Made by a program: the position numbers and the translations under genes. From an uncultured Clostridia bacterium (GTDB lineage Bacteria > Bacillota > Clostridia > TANB77 > CAG-508), in NCBI GenBank assembly GCA_944392665.1, contig CALXXJ010000003.1:3797-67796 (forward strand): a DNA stretch of 64,000 nt, written 5' to 3'. The stretch's first letter is position 1. Every line of letters starts with the position of its first letter. The notes beneath the pieces are model-generated. The model did no database searches. It was not told the DNA's origin and saw only the letters and a list, made by a program, of their open reading frames with translations. Of this stretch, positions 52,963 through 63,322 are shown piece after piece.

Positions 52963-54315
52963 TTATACTTTTGCTAATAACAATCCTATATTCATAAATA
53001 AATTGCTGAAAATTCCTCTAATTTCCTCAATTATATTTTGTGGTTCTGTATAAACTTCTAACTCATAAGCATATTCAAAATTTGATTTCTTGGCAGGCTT
53101 TAATGTATATATTTCATTTGGTAACCCTACATATCCATTTGATGTATATATTTCTTTATTCATATAATCTTTATACCACTCTCTTTGTCCTATTAAATAT
53201 TCATTCTCATACCCGTATTCTTTATAATCATGTAATGCAGGTACTGTATATCCATATTCTTTTGCTGTTCTTTCCAATGAATGTAGAAATTCATGTAAAA
53301 ATACTTCTTCTGGAAATTGATTTACACTCGTATCATATTTATATATATAACTTTTTGAACTATTTGGTAATCGAATATTGGAAAATCCAATTCCATAATA
53401 ATCCATAGATCCTAAACCTATCCAATCTTTGATTTCTATATCATCTTCATATTCTTCATTTCCTAGTCTTACAACAATGAAAATATGGTCATAATTATTT
53501 TTATTAATGATATCTTTAATTTGTTCCTCTATATCTTCTGGCGCAACATAATAACCAAATTCATCATCATATGATAAAGAAGTGATTGGTTCTTGTATTT
53601 CATATATATCACAATCTGCTGTCATTTTTCCATCTGATAACTGATTACAAGAATTTTCAAATCGTTCTATTGTATTTTTTATATCTTCTATATCTGTATT
53701 TGTTACTTGTATATCAATTTGCTTATTATCTACTACAACATTTGTATTTTCAAAGATAAAGCAAGCAAAATTCCAATCACTATCTTCTTCAGTTTGTCCT
53801 TTTTCTATTTTAAAATCGGAAAACCAAACTTCTCCTTTTGCATATCCTTCTGTTCCTCCTAATCGAAAAACAATGTCTACCATTTCTCTATTTTTCGAAT
53901 TAAATATAAATTCTACTTGTTGCCAATCACTATCTCCATTAATTGCTACAGATCTTTCTACTGTGTTAGAAATAGAAATTTGTGCCCCTATGCTAGAAAC
54001 ATTCTTATCTGCTTCTACACCTTTTGTTTTTATCATGCAAGTTACTTTATATGGTGTATTTTTTTCTACTTCTATTTCTTTTGAAAACATCGCATCATTA
54101 AATTCATTTGATGTTATTTTATAACTATTGCTATCAGAATATTTTACTGTTTTATCTCTTTTGAATTCTGATATATTTAATTTAGCTTCACTTCGTATAA
54201 AACCATTAAAATTATTACTTTGATAGAATTGATATGCGAAATATATAGCAATCATTAAAATGACAAAAGTAAATATATTTATGATTAATCCTTTTGCACT
54301 TTCATTTTTTCTCAT
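52963..54315 (-). CDS. hypothetical membrane-anchored protein with a C-terminal HExxH motif
   Basis: 450 aa with an N-terminal TM helix and HEFLHSLE. No family call. Confidence 0.4.
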   Translation of the reverse strand: MRKNESAKGLIINIFTFVILMIAIYFAYQFYQSNNFNGFIRSEAKLNISEFKRDKTVKYSDSNSYKITSNEFNDAMFSKEIEVEKNTPYKVTCMIKTKGVEADKNVSSIGAQISISNTVERSVAINGDSDWQQVEFIFNSKNREMVDIVFRLGGTEGYAKGEVWFSDFKIEKGQTEEDSDWNFACFIFENTNVVVDNKQIDIQVTNTDIEDIKNTIERFENSCNQLSDGKMTADCDIYEIQEPITSLSYDDEFGYYVAPEDIEEQIKDIINKNNYDHIFIVVRLGNEEYEDDIEIKDWIGLGSMDYYGIGFSNIRLPNSSKSYIYKYDTSVNQFPEEVFLHEFLHSLERTAKEYGYTVPALHDYKEYGYENEYLIGQREWYKDYMNKEIYTSNGYVGLPNEIYTLKPAKKSNFEYAYELEVYTEPQNIIEEIRGIFSNLFMNIGLLLAKV

Positions 54316-54340
54316 ACTCTATTTTCCTTTATCTTTTATT

Positions 54341-55973
54341 CTACTTTTTTTCAAATAACGTAAATTGATAACTACAATTTTGATATGCTATTTTATATTC
54401 TTTTGCTTCTATGATTATATTCATATTTTCTGTTGGTACTTCTTTATATATATTACTTCCCACTGTTCCTACAACCCATACTCTTCCTTGATAATCATCT
54501 AATGCTTCATCATAACTATATACTGTTTCCATTGCTGGTGCATATGCCTTATATGCTTCTTCTACATCCCAATTCCATTGGTTATAGAAGTATTGTTTAT
54601 TATCTGGAAAATATGAGGCTAATACTCCTCCGTACTCCTATTTCGTTGTATATGATAATATCACCTTTTTGTATATTTTCTTCCATAAAACTCATTACTT
54701 CTTGGTTTGTTGTATCATAATTGTTTTTTATAGTATTATAGTTTCCAATAAAACTTAAGATTAATATTATTGCACATATCATTTTAGTTACCCATTTTCT
54801 CTCTTCTTTTGCCATGAAAAAGGCAAAAACAAAAATGTATAGTCCTGTCAATGTTAGCAAATATCTTCCTACTAATATTGGACTTCCTATTAATGATATG
54901 ATTAAAACTGCTGCTATTACTGTTATATATATGATAATAGATATAACAGCTGGTAAAATTTTTTCTTTGTTTTTCTTTGCCTTATATATTCTGTACCCTA
55001 TGTAAATATATAATAATATGGATACTATTAATGAAATAATGGCTGTGGCATTAATCGTTGAATCTGTTTGTACTCTAAATTGAAAACTTGGTACCTCTAT
55101 TAAAGTGTTTAAATTTAATTGAATCCAAAATCCTCCACCTACACGTGTCATTTGTTCTATTAAAAATAATAGCCAAGGAATATATAATATTACTTGAATG
55201 ATTGCTGCTATTATAAATTTTTTTAATGGTTTTGATATCTCTTTTTTGTCTTTTATGTCTAAATCTTTTTGTTTTCTTGCTTTTAATACATTTTTTATTA
55301 AGAATATAAATAATATCAAATTTATAAGTCCTGCTGTTGCTAGAGCATAATAATGCGTATAACATGATAATATGCTAAATATAGCAAATATAATCAAGTT
55401 TTTGTTTTGATTTTTCATTACATTTTTATCTTTTACTGATTTGTAAAATCTATATGCATATATAGCCATGATTGTTACCAATAAATATGCTAATGAATAC
55501 ATTCTAATCTCTTGACTATATATACATATAACTGGTAAGAAATACACTAAAAACGAAAATAGCATTCCTACCTTTTCTCCAAAATCTTTTCGTATATGTG
55601 TATATCCTAATACTCCTAAAATAGCTATTGCTAAAACAGAAAATAATCGAAAAGCAATGTTTTGATCTCCAAAAATCATCCATATAATATGTAAAATCCA
55701 GTAATATAGTGGTGGATGAACATCATGTCCTGTTATGTTCCATATTTCGCTAAAACTATGTCTCGCAATAGAAACAGAATAACTTTCATCAAACCAAATA
55801 TTTTCATGAAAAGCTGATAAACTGATAAATACAATTCCTAATACAATAATTCCTATATGTATATATTTATTTTTTTTGTCAATTTTTTTTAGTTGGCCCA
55901 TATTTATTCCTTTCTCCACTCTATTATTATTTTTCAACAATAATAAGTGGAACATTATTTTATTATTGTCCAT
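54341..55973 (-). pseudogene. GT-C fold glycosyltransferase (family 39/PMT-ArnT-like), frameshifted near 54619-54645
   Basis: The N-terminal polytopic GT39-like region (..YSVSIARHSF..DVHPPLYYW..) ends at 54600. The C-terminal soluble domain continues in another frame (open 54341-54618). An imperfect 10-bp direct repeat TACTCCTCCG/TACTCCTATT lies at the junction. Confidence 0.5.
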
Positions 55974-56024
55974 TAAACAACATTAAAAACGTCCACTTAT
56001 CTTTTTTAATTTATTCTATTTAGT

Positions 56025-57290
56025 TTAAACCAATTCTTTTTCAGTTTGTGCTTCATGATTATCAGAAACATCTGCTATTTTTATACTTCTTACATGGTTT
56101 ATCTTCTCCCAAGAAGTATTTCTAATAAATAAGCACTTAAAGTTTATACATATCCATGTTAATAAAAATAGTGGATAACATAGTAGTCCTTTTGCCATTG
56201 GCTTTATCTTTCTTCCATCTAACCACATTGCAAATATTCCTACAAATATTGGTAAAACAAATGTTGGAACTAAATACATAATTAGATTCTTAATTAGTTC
56301 TGCAGTTGTGATAGATGCTGAATTATACATAATAAAGTTTGTTAATAATAATGCAATTGTTATGATAAACATTGGTATACTTCCAACAATATATAGTAAA
56401 CCATCAAGATTTATCATTTTCTTGTTTTCTTTAGCTGCTATTGCTAATTCCTTTGTATATCTTTTTATACATTGAATATGACCAACTGTCCATCTACTTC
56501 TTTGTGACCAACTTTGTCTAAATCCTGTAGGTTGTTCATCATACACAATTGCATCTGTTGCCCAACCTAGTTTTTTACCTTTTATAATTCTTTTTAAAGA
56601 AAACTCAATATCTTCTGTTAAAGTTTCTGTATCCCAACCTTGTGGTTTGATAACATCAAATTTCACCATAAAACCTGTACCATTTAATAATGGTGATAAT
56701 CCGATATTATATCTAGCTAAATGATAAAATCTATGCATTTGCCAATAGAAAATAGCATATCCTGCTGTTATCCAGTTATCAGATGGGTTCTTAATATCTC
56801 TGTAACCTTGTACTACATCTTCTCCTTGGCATAGTTTTTTATTCATATTTTTTATAAAGTTCTTATCAACGATATTATCTGCATCAAATACAAAGAAAGC
56901 GTCATATGGTGCATTTTCTGCAATTTTTTGTTGTAAAAACCAATTTAAAGCATATCCTTTTGTTTTCTTAGTTTCATCAAATCTTTCATAAACAATTGCA
57001 CCAGCTTCTTTTGCAATTTTTGCTGTGTTATCTGTGCAGTTATCTGCAATAACATATATGTCATATAAATCTTTATCATATGTTTGATTTTTTAAACTCT
57101 CAATTAAATTTCCTACAACCGCTTCTTCATTATGTGCTGGTATAATTGCCATAAAACGATGGTCTTTTTTTACTTTTAAAGGTTTATCCTTTAATTTTAC
57201 TAAAGAACATAAACTAACAACAACTTGATATAACCAAAATATTGTTACCATCCATACTAAAGCTTCTCTTAGTATATATAAATAATCCAT
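56025..57290 (-). CDS. processive family-2 glycosyltransferase (PgaC/IcaA/cellulose-synthase-like)
   Basis: 421 aa with an N-terminal TM helix, D,D,D motifs, QRSRW, and C-terminal TM helices. Confidence 0.75.
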   Translation of the reverse strand: MDYLYILREALVWMVTIFWLYQVVVSLCSLVKLKDKPLKVKKDHRFMAIIPAHNEEAVVGNLIESLKNQTYDKDLYDIYVIADNCTDNTAKIAKEAGAIVYERFDETKKTKGYALNWFLQQKIAENAPYDAFFVFDADNIVDKNFIKNMNKKLCQGEDVVQGYRDIKNPSDNWITAGYAIFYWQMHRFYHLARYNIGLSPLLNGTGFMVKFDVIKPQGWDTETLTEDIEFSLKRIIKGKKLGWATDAIVYDEQPTGFRQSWSQRSRWTVGHIQCIKRYTKELAIAAKENKKMINLDGLLYIVGSIPMFIITIALLLTNFIMYNSASITTAELIKNLIMYLVPTFVLPIFVGIFAMWLDGRKIKPMAKGLLCYPLFLLTWICINFKCLFIRNTSWEKINHVRSIKIADVSDNHEAQTEKELV

Positions 57291-57410
57291 TTTTCTACCT
57301 CTCTTTTTAATAATACTTTCTATATATTATTATACTACCTTTTATATTATACTATTATTGGCAAAATATTGCAACTTTTTTAGTAAAATTTAATATATTT
57401 TTAATAAATA

Positions 57411-58718
57411 TTATCTACCTCTTTCTCCACGCATGTTTTCAGCATCTGCTTCTATATCTTCTTCTATGTTTTTTTGGAATTCTTCTAAAGTTTTATCTTC
57501 ATCCCTATTTTCCCATGCTCTTTCTACCATTCCTCTAACTTCTCTTTCCGTAAACTTATCGGCAATTTGTTCATTTTTCATTAATAGAGCTACTGTATCA
57601 TCTACATGATTATGATTTGATGTATTTGGGTTTCCGTCCATATCTTCTTGTTGCATTTCTTCACATGGTTCTTCCTTGGCCTTTTCATGCTGTTTTGCTT
57701 CTTGGTATGAAGCTTCTACTGAACGATATCCATCTTGATATTCTTGTGATAATTTTTGCGTTTGTTCATCCATACCTTCTACTGCATTTTTCGAATTTGA
57801 AGTTTCTAATTGCTTATCTAAACTTTTATTTCCTTCAATACCATTTCCACCTATTGTTTTATTAGCTGAATGATATACTTCTACTTCTCCATATTGCCCT
57901 TTTTCTATTCCAATTGTTTCTTGGCCTTGTACTCTTAATCTAGTTAATACATCTCCTTTTTTTGCAGGTTGATTCTTATTTTGACTTACTTGGTAAGTTT
58001 GCTCTTCTGGATTAGTTCCTTCTTGTGTATCATTTTCTAAATCTAAGGCTCTCACAATTGGTTTTCCATCTCTTCCTGTTTTATTGGTTATAACAACTGC
58101 TTCATATCTTGATGAATGTCCTTCTATTCTTTCTCCATTTTCGTCTCTTAAATTGTCTAACTCATCTGATTCTACAATTCCTAGTTTTCCACCTTTTTCA
58201 TCTGAACCTTTAATTTTTCCTGCCTTTTCTAATTTTTCTCCTAGTGAGTCCATGTCTGTTGCCATACTTCTCATATCTACTTCTTGTTTTATTTGTATAT
58301 CTCCTGTTGTATTTTCTATTTTGTCTTCTTTTCCTCTGATTGTCTCATCTTTTCTTCTATCTCTCTTTTGTGTTAAATCCTCTTTTTCTGGTTCTTTTTT
58401 TTCTTCTCTTCCTACTGTCTTTTGATATCCCATTTGCCTATCATAAACATTTTCTTCTTTTTCCTTTTCTGGTTCTGTTTCTAAAATTTCTTCTTTTCCT
58501 GCTGTTTCTATTGTTTGTGTTATTTCATCTCTTATTTGATCAGATAACTCATTTTCTAATGTATTTTCTCTAAATACAATTAATGTATCTGCCATAATAT
58601 CTGGGTCAAACACACCAACAACTTCATTCCCTAAAACATATTTATATAAATCTCCCTCTTTCGTGACACCCAATTGTTTATTTTCGCCATTCACATTTAT
58701 ATTACCTAAAACTTTCAT
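57411..58718 (-). CDS. hypothetical acidic, E/K/D/G-rich low-complexity protein (predicted largely disordered)
   Basis: 435 aa with no TM helix and a structured N-terminal ~50 aa. Co-oriented upstream of the GT2 gene. Confidence 0.4.
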   Translation of the reverse strand: MKVLGNINVNGENKQLGVTKEGDLYKYVLGNEVVGVFDPDIMADTLIVFRENTLENELSDQIRDEITQTIETAGKEEILETEPEKEKEENVYDRQMGYQKTVGREEKKEPEKEDLTQKRDRRKDETIRGKEDKIENTTGDIQIKQEVDMRSMATDMDSLGEKLEKAGKIKGSDEKGGKLGIVESDELDNLRDENGERIEGHSSRYEAVVITNKTGRDGKPIVRALDLENDTQEGTNPEEQTYQVSQNKNQPAKKGDVLTRLRVQGQETIGIEKGQYGEVEVYHSANKTIGGNGIEGNKSLDKQLETSNSKNAVEGMDEQTQKLSQEYQDGYRSVEASYQEAKQHEKAKEEPCEEMQQEDMDGNPNTSNHNHVDDTVALLMKNEQIADKFTEREVRGMVERAWENRDEDKTLEEFQKNIEEDIEADAENMRGERGR

Positions 58719-59016
58719 AACTTTTTTTATGTATATATAATATACATATCTCCTTTCTTTTATTCTAGTACCTGGTTTTTTCTCTTTCCCTCATTTCTAT
58801 TATAGTATAATTCTCATTTTTCTTCAAGAATTTAAGGAAATTTTAATTTACTATTTTTGTATTTTATGGTATAATAAAAGGTAGAGATAAATATTTACTT
58901 AAATAGGAATTTAACCTTGTTACATAACGGAAACTCTTAATAAAATTAATGTAAAAAATAAATTTCCTATATAATAGCAAACATTTCTCAAAATCATAAA
59001 ATAAAAAGGGGTTTTT

Positions 59017-59556
59017 ATGAAAAAAGAAATGAAAGAATATAATTCTATAAGTAATCAAGAATTCTTAAATATTATTGAAGAATTAGTAAATAATAAGACC
59101 GTACAAGAAATGAAAAAGTATAGACAACATTATGAAACCACCTGTTTTGACCACTGTTATATGGTTTCTTATTATTGTTATTTAATATGCAAAAAATACC
59201 ATTTAGATTATATATCAGCCACAAGGGCAGCCATGTTACATGACTTATTCTTATATGACTGGCGTGTTCGTCAACCTGGCAGAAAAGGTTTACATGCTTT
59301 CACTCATGGAAAAACAGCTTGTGAAAATGCAAGTAAACTATTTGATTTGAACCAAAAAGAAAAAGATATGATTCTTACCCATATGTGGCCTGTAACAATG
59401 CAATTCCCTACATCAGTTGAAGGATTCATTCTAACTTTTGTTGATAAGTATTGTGCAGTTTCTGAAACTTTAGAAGTTATAAAATCTAGAATGTTCATGA
59501 AAAAAGCTTTCAGATATGCTTATGTTTTCTTTAGTCTATTAATAATACGATTTTAA
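59017..59556 (+). CDS. HD-domain phosphohydrolase-family protein
   Basis: H..HD motif (AAMLHDLFLYDW). 179 aa. A terminator follows at 59578-59607. Confidence 0.55.
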   Translation: MKKEMKEYNSISNQEFLNIIEELVNNKTVQEMKKYRQHYETTCFDHCYMVSYYCYLICKKYHLDYISATRAAMLHDLFLYDWRVRQPGRKGLHAFTHGKTACENASKLFDLNQKEKDMILTHMWPVTMQFPTSVEGFILTFVDKYCAVSETLEVIKSRMFMKKAFRYAYVFFSLLIIRF

Positions 59557-59577
59557 AAATTTGTTTTATATATAAAA

Positions 59578-59607
59578 AACGTTTCTTATCCAAGAAACGT
59601 TTTTTTG
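59578..59607 (+). terminator. rho-independent terminator (AACGTTTCTTATCCAAGAAACGTT plus T7)
   Basis: Seen directly, downstream of the HD gene. Confidence 0.65.
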
Positions 59608-59731
59608 TTGAATAGGAAAAATAAAGTTTTCATTTTCTATTCTCTTTTTGCTATTTTTGTAATATAATGGCAATGTATAAGAAATATAAATATATTTCTT
59701 ATCTACTATTTAAGAAAATCAGGTGATTTTT

Positions 59732-60610
59732 ATGAAAAAAATTTTATTCAAAGGCTGTGGAACAGCTATCAGTACACCTTTTGATGAAAACGGTGTTAAT
59801 CTTAAAGAATTTGAAAGACTTGTTAATTTTCAAATTGAAAATGGTGTAGATGCCATTATTGTATGCGGAACGACAGGAGAATCTTCTACCATGACAGAAG
59901 AAGAAAAAGATGCTACCATTTCTTGTGCTGTCAAAACTGCTAATGGAAGAGTACCAATTATCGCAGGCACTGGTGGTAATAATACCATGAAAGTTATTGA
60001 AAATTCTAAAAAAGCAGAAGCTTTAGGTGTTGATGGACTTTTGATTGTTACACCCTATTACAACAAATGTACTCAAAAAGGATTAATTGAACATTATAAA
60101 GTAATTGCTGAAAGTGTATCTTTACCAATCATACTATACAGTGTACCAAGTAGAACTGGTGTCAATATCTTACCAGAAACTTGTTTAGAATTGTCCAAAA
60201 TAGATAATATTGTTGCTATTAAAGAAGCAAGCGGCAATTTATCACAAGTTGCTGAAATTGCACATTTATGTGGAGATAATTTACATATTTATTCAGGAAA
60301 TGATGATCAAATATTACCAGTATTATCATTAGGCGGACTTGGTGTGATATCTGTTTTATCAAATGTAAAACCACAATATACACATGACATGGTTCAAAAC
60401 TTTTTTGATGGTAATATTGAAAAAGCAACAAAAATGCAATTAGATGCTTTACCTTTAGTAAAAGCCTTGTTCTCAGAGGTTAACCCTATTCCTGTTAAAG
60501 CTGCTTTAAATCATATTGGCTATAACTATGGAATTCCTAGATTACCACTTACTAAAATGAGTAGTGATAAAGAACAAAGATTGATTGAGGAATTGGATAA
60601 ATTGGATTAA
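59732..60610 (+). CDS. dapA: 4-hydroxy-tetrahydrodipicolinate synthase
   Basis: Start MKKILFKG with an AGGTGA RBS, GTTGES, and an active-site Lys region. 293 aa. Confidence 0.9.
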   Translation: MKKILFKGCGTAISTPFDENGVNLKEFERLVNFQIENGVDAIIVCGTTGESSTMTEEEKDATISCAVKTANGRVPIIAGTGGNNTMKVIENSKKAEALGVDGLLIVTPYYNKCTQKGLIEHYKVIAESVSLPIILYSVPSRTGVNILPETCLELSKIDNIVAIKEASGNLSQVAEIAHLCGDNLHIYSGNDDQILPVLSLGGLGVISVLSNVKPQYTHDMVQNFFDGNIEKATKMQLDALPLVKALFSEVNPIPVKAALNHIGYNYGIPRLPLTKMSSDKEQRLIEELDKLD

Positions 60611-60725
60611 TTAGATTAATATAAATAAAATAAATGAAATTAAAAATGCTATGAGCAACAAATATATAGTAAAAATACAAATTAGAAAACATAACACTAA
60701 ATTTTATAAAATATGGAGGTATCAA

Positions 60726-61475
60726 ATGTTAAACGTATTCGTAAATGGTTGTAATGGAAAAATGGGAAATGTGGTATGTAGTTTAGTAGAAGAAAATGAA
60801 AATATGCAAGTCATTGGTGGATTTGACAAAGTAAGTTATTCTGATTCTAAATTCCCAATTTTTACAGAAGTAGAAAATATTGATGTAAAACCAGATGTCA
60901 TCATTGACTTTTCACTTCCTGTTGCAACACTAAATATATTAAATTATGCAAAAACAAATAAAATACCAATGGTTATTGCCACAACTGGATTTACAGATGA
61001 AGAAACAAAAATAATTGAAGAAGCAAGTAAAACAATTCCTATCTTTAAATCTGCTAATATGTCCTTTGACATTATGCTTATGAAAAAAGTTGTTTCTTGG
61101 CTTGCACCACTTTTAAAAAATACAGATATTGAAATTATTGAAGCACATCATAATAGAAAAGTGGATAGTCCAAGTGGTACTGCCCAAATGTTAGCAGATA
61201 GTATTAATGAATCTTTAGGAAATACGCTTCATTGCGAATATAACAGACATGATAAACATGAAAAAAGAGATAAAAACGAAATTGGTATGTCTTCTATCAG
61301 AGGTGGAAATATTGTTGGTGAGCATTCTGTTCAATTTATTGGCAATTTTGAAACTTTCGAAATTAAGCATACCAGCTATTCTAGAAATGTATTTGCAGAA
61401 GGTGCTTTAAGAGCTGCTGAATTTATTGCCAGCCAACAGCCTGGTATGTATGCTATGGAAGATATGTCCTTTTAG
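60726..61475 (+). CDS. dapB: 4-hydroxy-tetrahydrodipicolinate reductase
   Basis: Start MLNVFVNGCNGKMG with a GGAGG RBS and EAHHNRKVDSPSGTA. The stop codon TAG (61473-61475) lies inside REP copy H. Confidence 0.9.
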   Translation: MLNVFVNGCNGKMGNVVCSLVEENENMQVIGGFDKVSYSDSKFPIFTEVENIDVKPDVIIDFSLPVATLNILNYAKTNKIPMVIATTGFTDEETKIIEEASKTIPIFKSANMSFDIMLMKKVVSWLAPLLKNTDIEIIEAHHNRKVDSPSGTAQMLADSINESLGNTLHCEYNRHDKHEKRDKNEIGMSSIRGGNIVGEHSVQFIGNFETFEIKHTSYSRNVFAEGALRAAEFIASQQPGMYAMEDMSF

Positions 61476-61496
61476 GGATGTTTCTGTTTGGGACAT
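61465..61496 (+). repeat. REP-like repeat, copy H (two substitutions), overlapping the last 4 codons and stop of dapB
   Basis: TGTCCTTTTAGGGATGTTTCTGTTTGGGACAT. Confidence 0.7.
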
Positions 61497-61525
61497 TTTT
61501 ATGTTAATCATCTGTATTAAGTTAA

Positions 61526-61567
61526 AACCAGAAAATCTTTTTACAAGATTTTCTGGTTGATATTTTT
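61526..61567. terminator. bidirectional terminator (AACCAGAAAATCTTT-tac-AAGATTTTCTGGTT plus T-run) between dapB and the convergent membrane-protein gene
   Basis: 14-bp stem followed by GATATTTTTTT. Confidence 0.65.
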
Positions 61568-61580
61568 TTACCTTTATTTT

Positions 61581-62222
61581 TTAAATTATATTTGTCATTA
61601 CATAATATATTCCCCAACAAACTGCTATAAGGATAACAATAATAAATAATATTAAGATTAAAGTTATAATTTTTTCTTTTATCGTTCCTTTACTTTTCTT
61701 AAAAAATATAATACTACCTACAATAAAAATAATAAAAAATAATGATATAGGTAATATATATGTTTTTACCATTTTCCATATTGATTCTATAAATGTTGGT
61801 TCATTTACTACTTCTGGCGAATCATATAATTCTACAAACTCACCAGGTTCACTCGAATCAATAGCTGTAACTATCTTTTCAGGTATCATCACATAATATC
61901 TTACCAATCCGATTGATACAAGAATAACAATACTAAAAAATATTAAGATTAAGGTTGTAATTTTTTCTTTTATTGTTCTTTTGCTTTTCTTAAAAAATAT
62001 AATACTACCTATAATAAATGCAATAAAAAATAATGATATAGGTAATATATATGTTTTTACTATTTTCCATACTGATTCTATAAAAGTTGATTTGTCTATT
62101 ATGTTGGTTGATCTATTTAATACTTCTGGTGGACCATACAGAGAAGCTCTCGCAGCTACTTTTTCATGTAGCAACATTATTGAAATTGCAACTGATATAA
62201 ACATTTTTTTAATTTTTTTCAT
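61581..62222 (-). CDS. secreted/membrane protein built from two tandemly duplicated ~95-aa two-TM modules
   Basis: A signal peptide, then two modules: PEVLN..TFIESVWKIVKTYILPISLFFIAFIIGSIIFFKKSKRTIKEKITTLILIFF.. and PEVVNEPTFIESIWKMVKTYILPISLFFIIFIVGSIIFFKKSKGTIKEKIITLILILF... The nucleotide repeat is about 290 bp at more than 90% identity. Confidence 0.5.
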   Translation of the reverse strand: MKKIKKMFISVAISIMLLHEKVAARASLYGPPEVLNRSTNIIDKSTFIESVWKIVKTYILPISLFFIAFIIGSIIFFKKSKRTIKEKITTLILIFFSIVILVSIGLVRYYVMIPEKIVTAIDSSEPGEFVELYDSPEVVNEPTFIESIWKMVKTYILPISLFFIIFIVGSIIFFKKSKGTIKEKIITLILILFIIVILIAVCWGIYYVMTNII

Positions 62223-62233
62223 TTGGTATCCCC

Positions 62234-63322
62234 CTATTTTCCATACATCATCTTATATGGACATTTATTTTGTTCATTATTCTCAAAATCCCAAGTATGA
62301 TATGCTCCTCCTAAACAATATTCCCAATATTCACACTTTTCACATGTATCACTTTTAGTTCTATCTTTACTTCTAAATTCTTTATATTTATTATCCCATA
62401 CATCTTTAAAATTATCTGTTCTAATATTTCCTTGTATTAATCTCTTTATCCTAGGAACATTCGGACATACAAATAAATCACCATTGTATAAAATACTGGC
62501 AACATTGATTCCTGTTCTACAATAAAAGTAATATTTTCTGACCTCTTTTTCATAATCTAATCCTAAAAATCCTGGACAACCATATGTCAATTCTAATTTT
62601 TTATTGTGCTTTTTAGATTTTATAAAGTCTAATAATCTTTTGATTTCTTTACCATCTAATAACAAATCATTATTTTCATTTGCTCTTCCAATGGGATCCA
62701 TAGAAGCTAATCTCCAAGAATCTAATCCTAAGCCTAGCATAACTTGATATAATTCTTCCATTTGGTTTATATTTCCTTTATGAAATACAGTTGTTACTTG
62801 TATATGTTTTACAAATCCTGCTTGTTTTAGTTTTTTTATATTCTCAATGATTGTTTGATAAGAATTTGGGACTCCTCTAAATTTATCATGTGTTTCTTCT
62901 AAGCCATCAATACTAATAGATATAGTTTCCATATTTGCTTTTTTTAATTTTTGAATATTTTCCTCAGTTAATAATATTCCGTTTGTTGTCATTCCCCAAT
63001 GAAATCCCAACTCATTTGTTGCATATTCCATAACTTCGCATAAATCTTTTCTAACTAATGGCTCTCCACCAGTCACATTAATTAATATCTTACTTGCATC
63101 CATATCATTTGCAATTTGTTGAAATGCATTTTTTATCTCTTCTGTTATTAATTCCCCATCATATTTTTTCTTTTCAGCACTACTCCCACAATGCTTACAA
63201 TTTGCATTACAAGTTAATGTGCATTCCCAAAATAAATCTATTAATTCATGATTTTTCCTGTCTTGTTCTTTATACTTTTGCATTAAGTATAATTCACCTA
63301 GTTTATATATTTCCTTAAACAT
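62234..63322 (-). CDS. radical SAM/SPASM-domain protein (peptide/protein-modifying maturase-like)
   Basis: CTLTCNANCKHC (Cx3Cx2C) and a C-terminal Cys-rich SPASM region (CEKCEYWEYCLGG...CPY). The start is placed at the ATG with an AAGGTG RBS. The ORF-track start at 63331 is a GTG. Confidence 0.7.
   Translation of the reverse strand: MFKEIYKLGELYLMQKYKEQDRKNHELIDLFWECTLTCNANCKHCGSSAEKKKYDGELITEEIKNAFQQIANDMDASKILINVTGGEPLVRKDLCEVMEYATNELGFHWGMTTNGILLTEENIQKLKKANMETISISIDGLEETHDKFRGVPNSYQTIIENIKKLKQAGFVKHIQVTTVFHKGNINQMEELYQVMLGLGLDSWRLASMDPIGRANENNDLLLDGKEIKRLLDFIKSKKHNKKLELTYGCPGFLGLDYEKEVRKYYFYCRTGINVASILYNGDLFVCPNVPRIKRLIQGNIRTDNFKDVWDNKYKEFRSKDRTKSDTCEKCEYWEYCLGGAYHTWDFENNEQNKCPYKMMYGK

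Noticed and set aside
59610-59731. Possible lysine riboswitch upstream of dapA
   Set aside because: The leader is only about 120 nt, too short for an L-box (about 180 nt), and no conserved L-box helices were recognised. It looks like a simple SigA promoter (TTGCTA...TATAAT).
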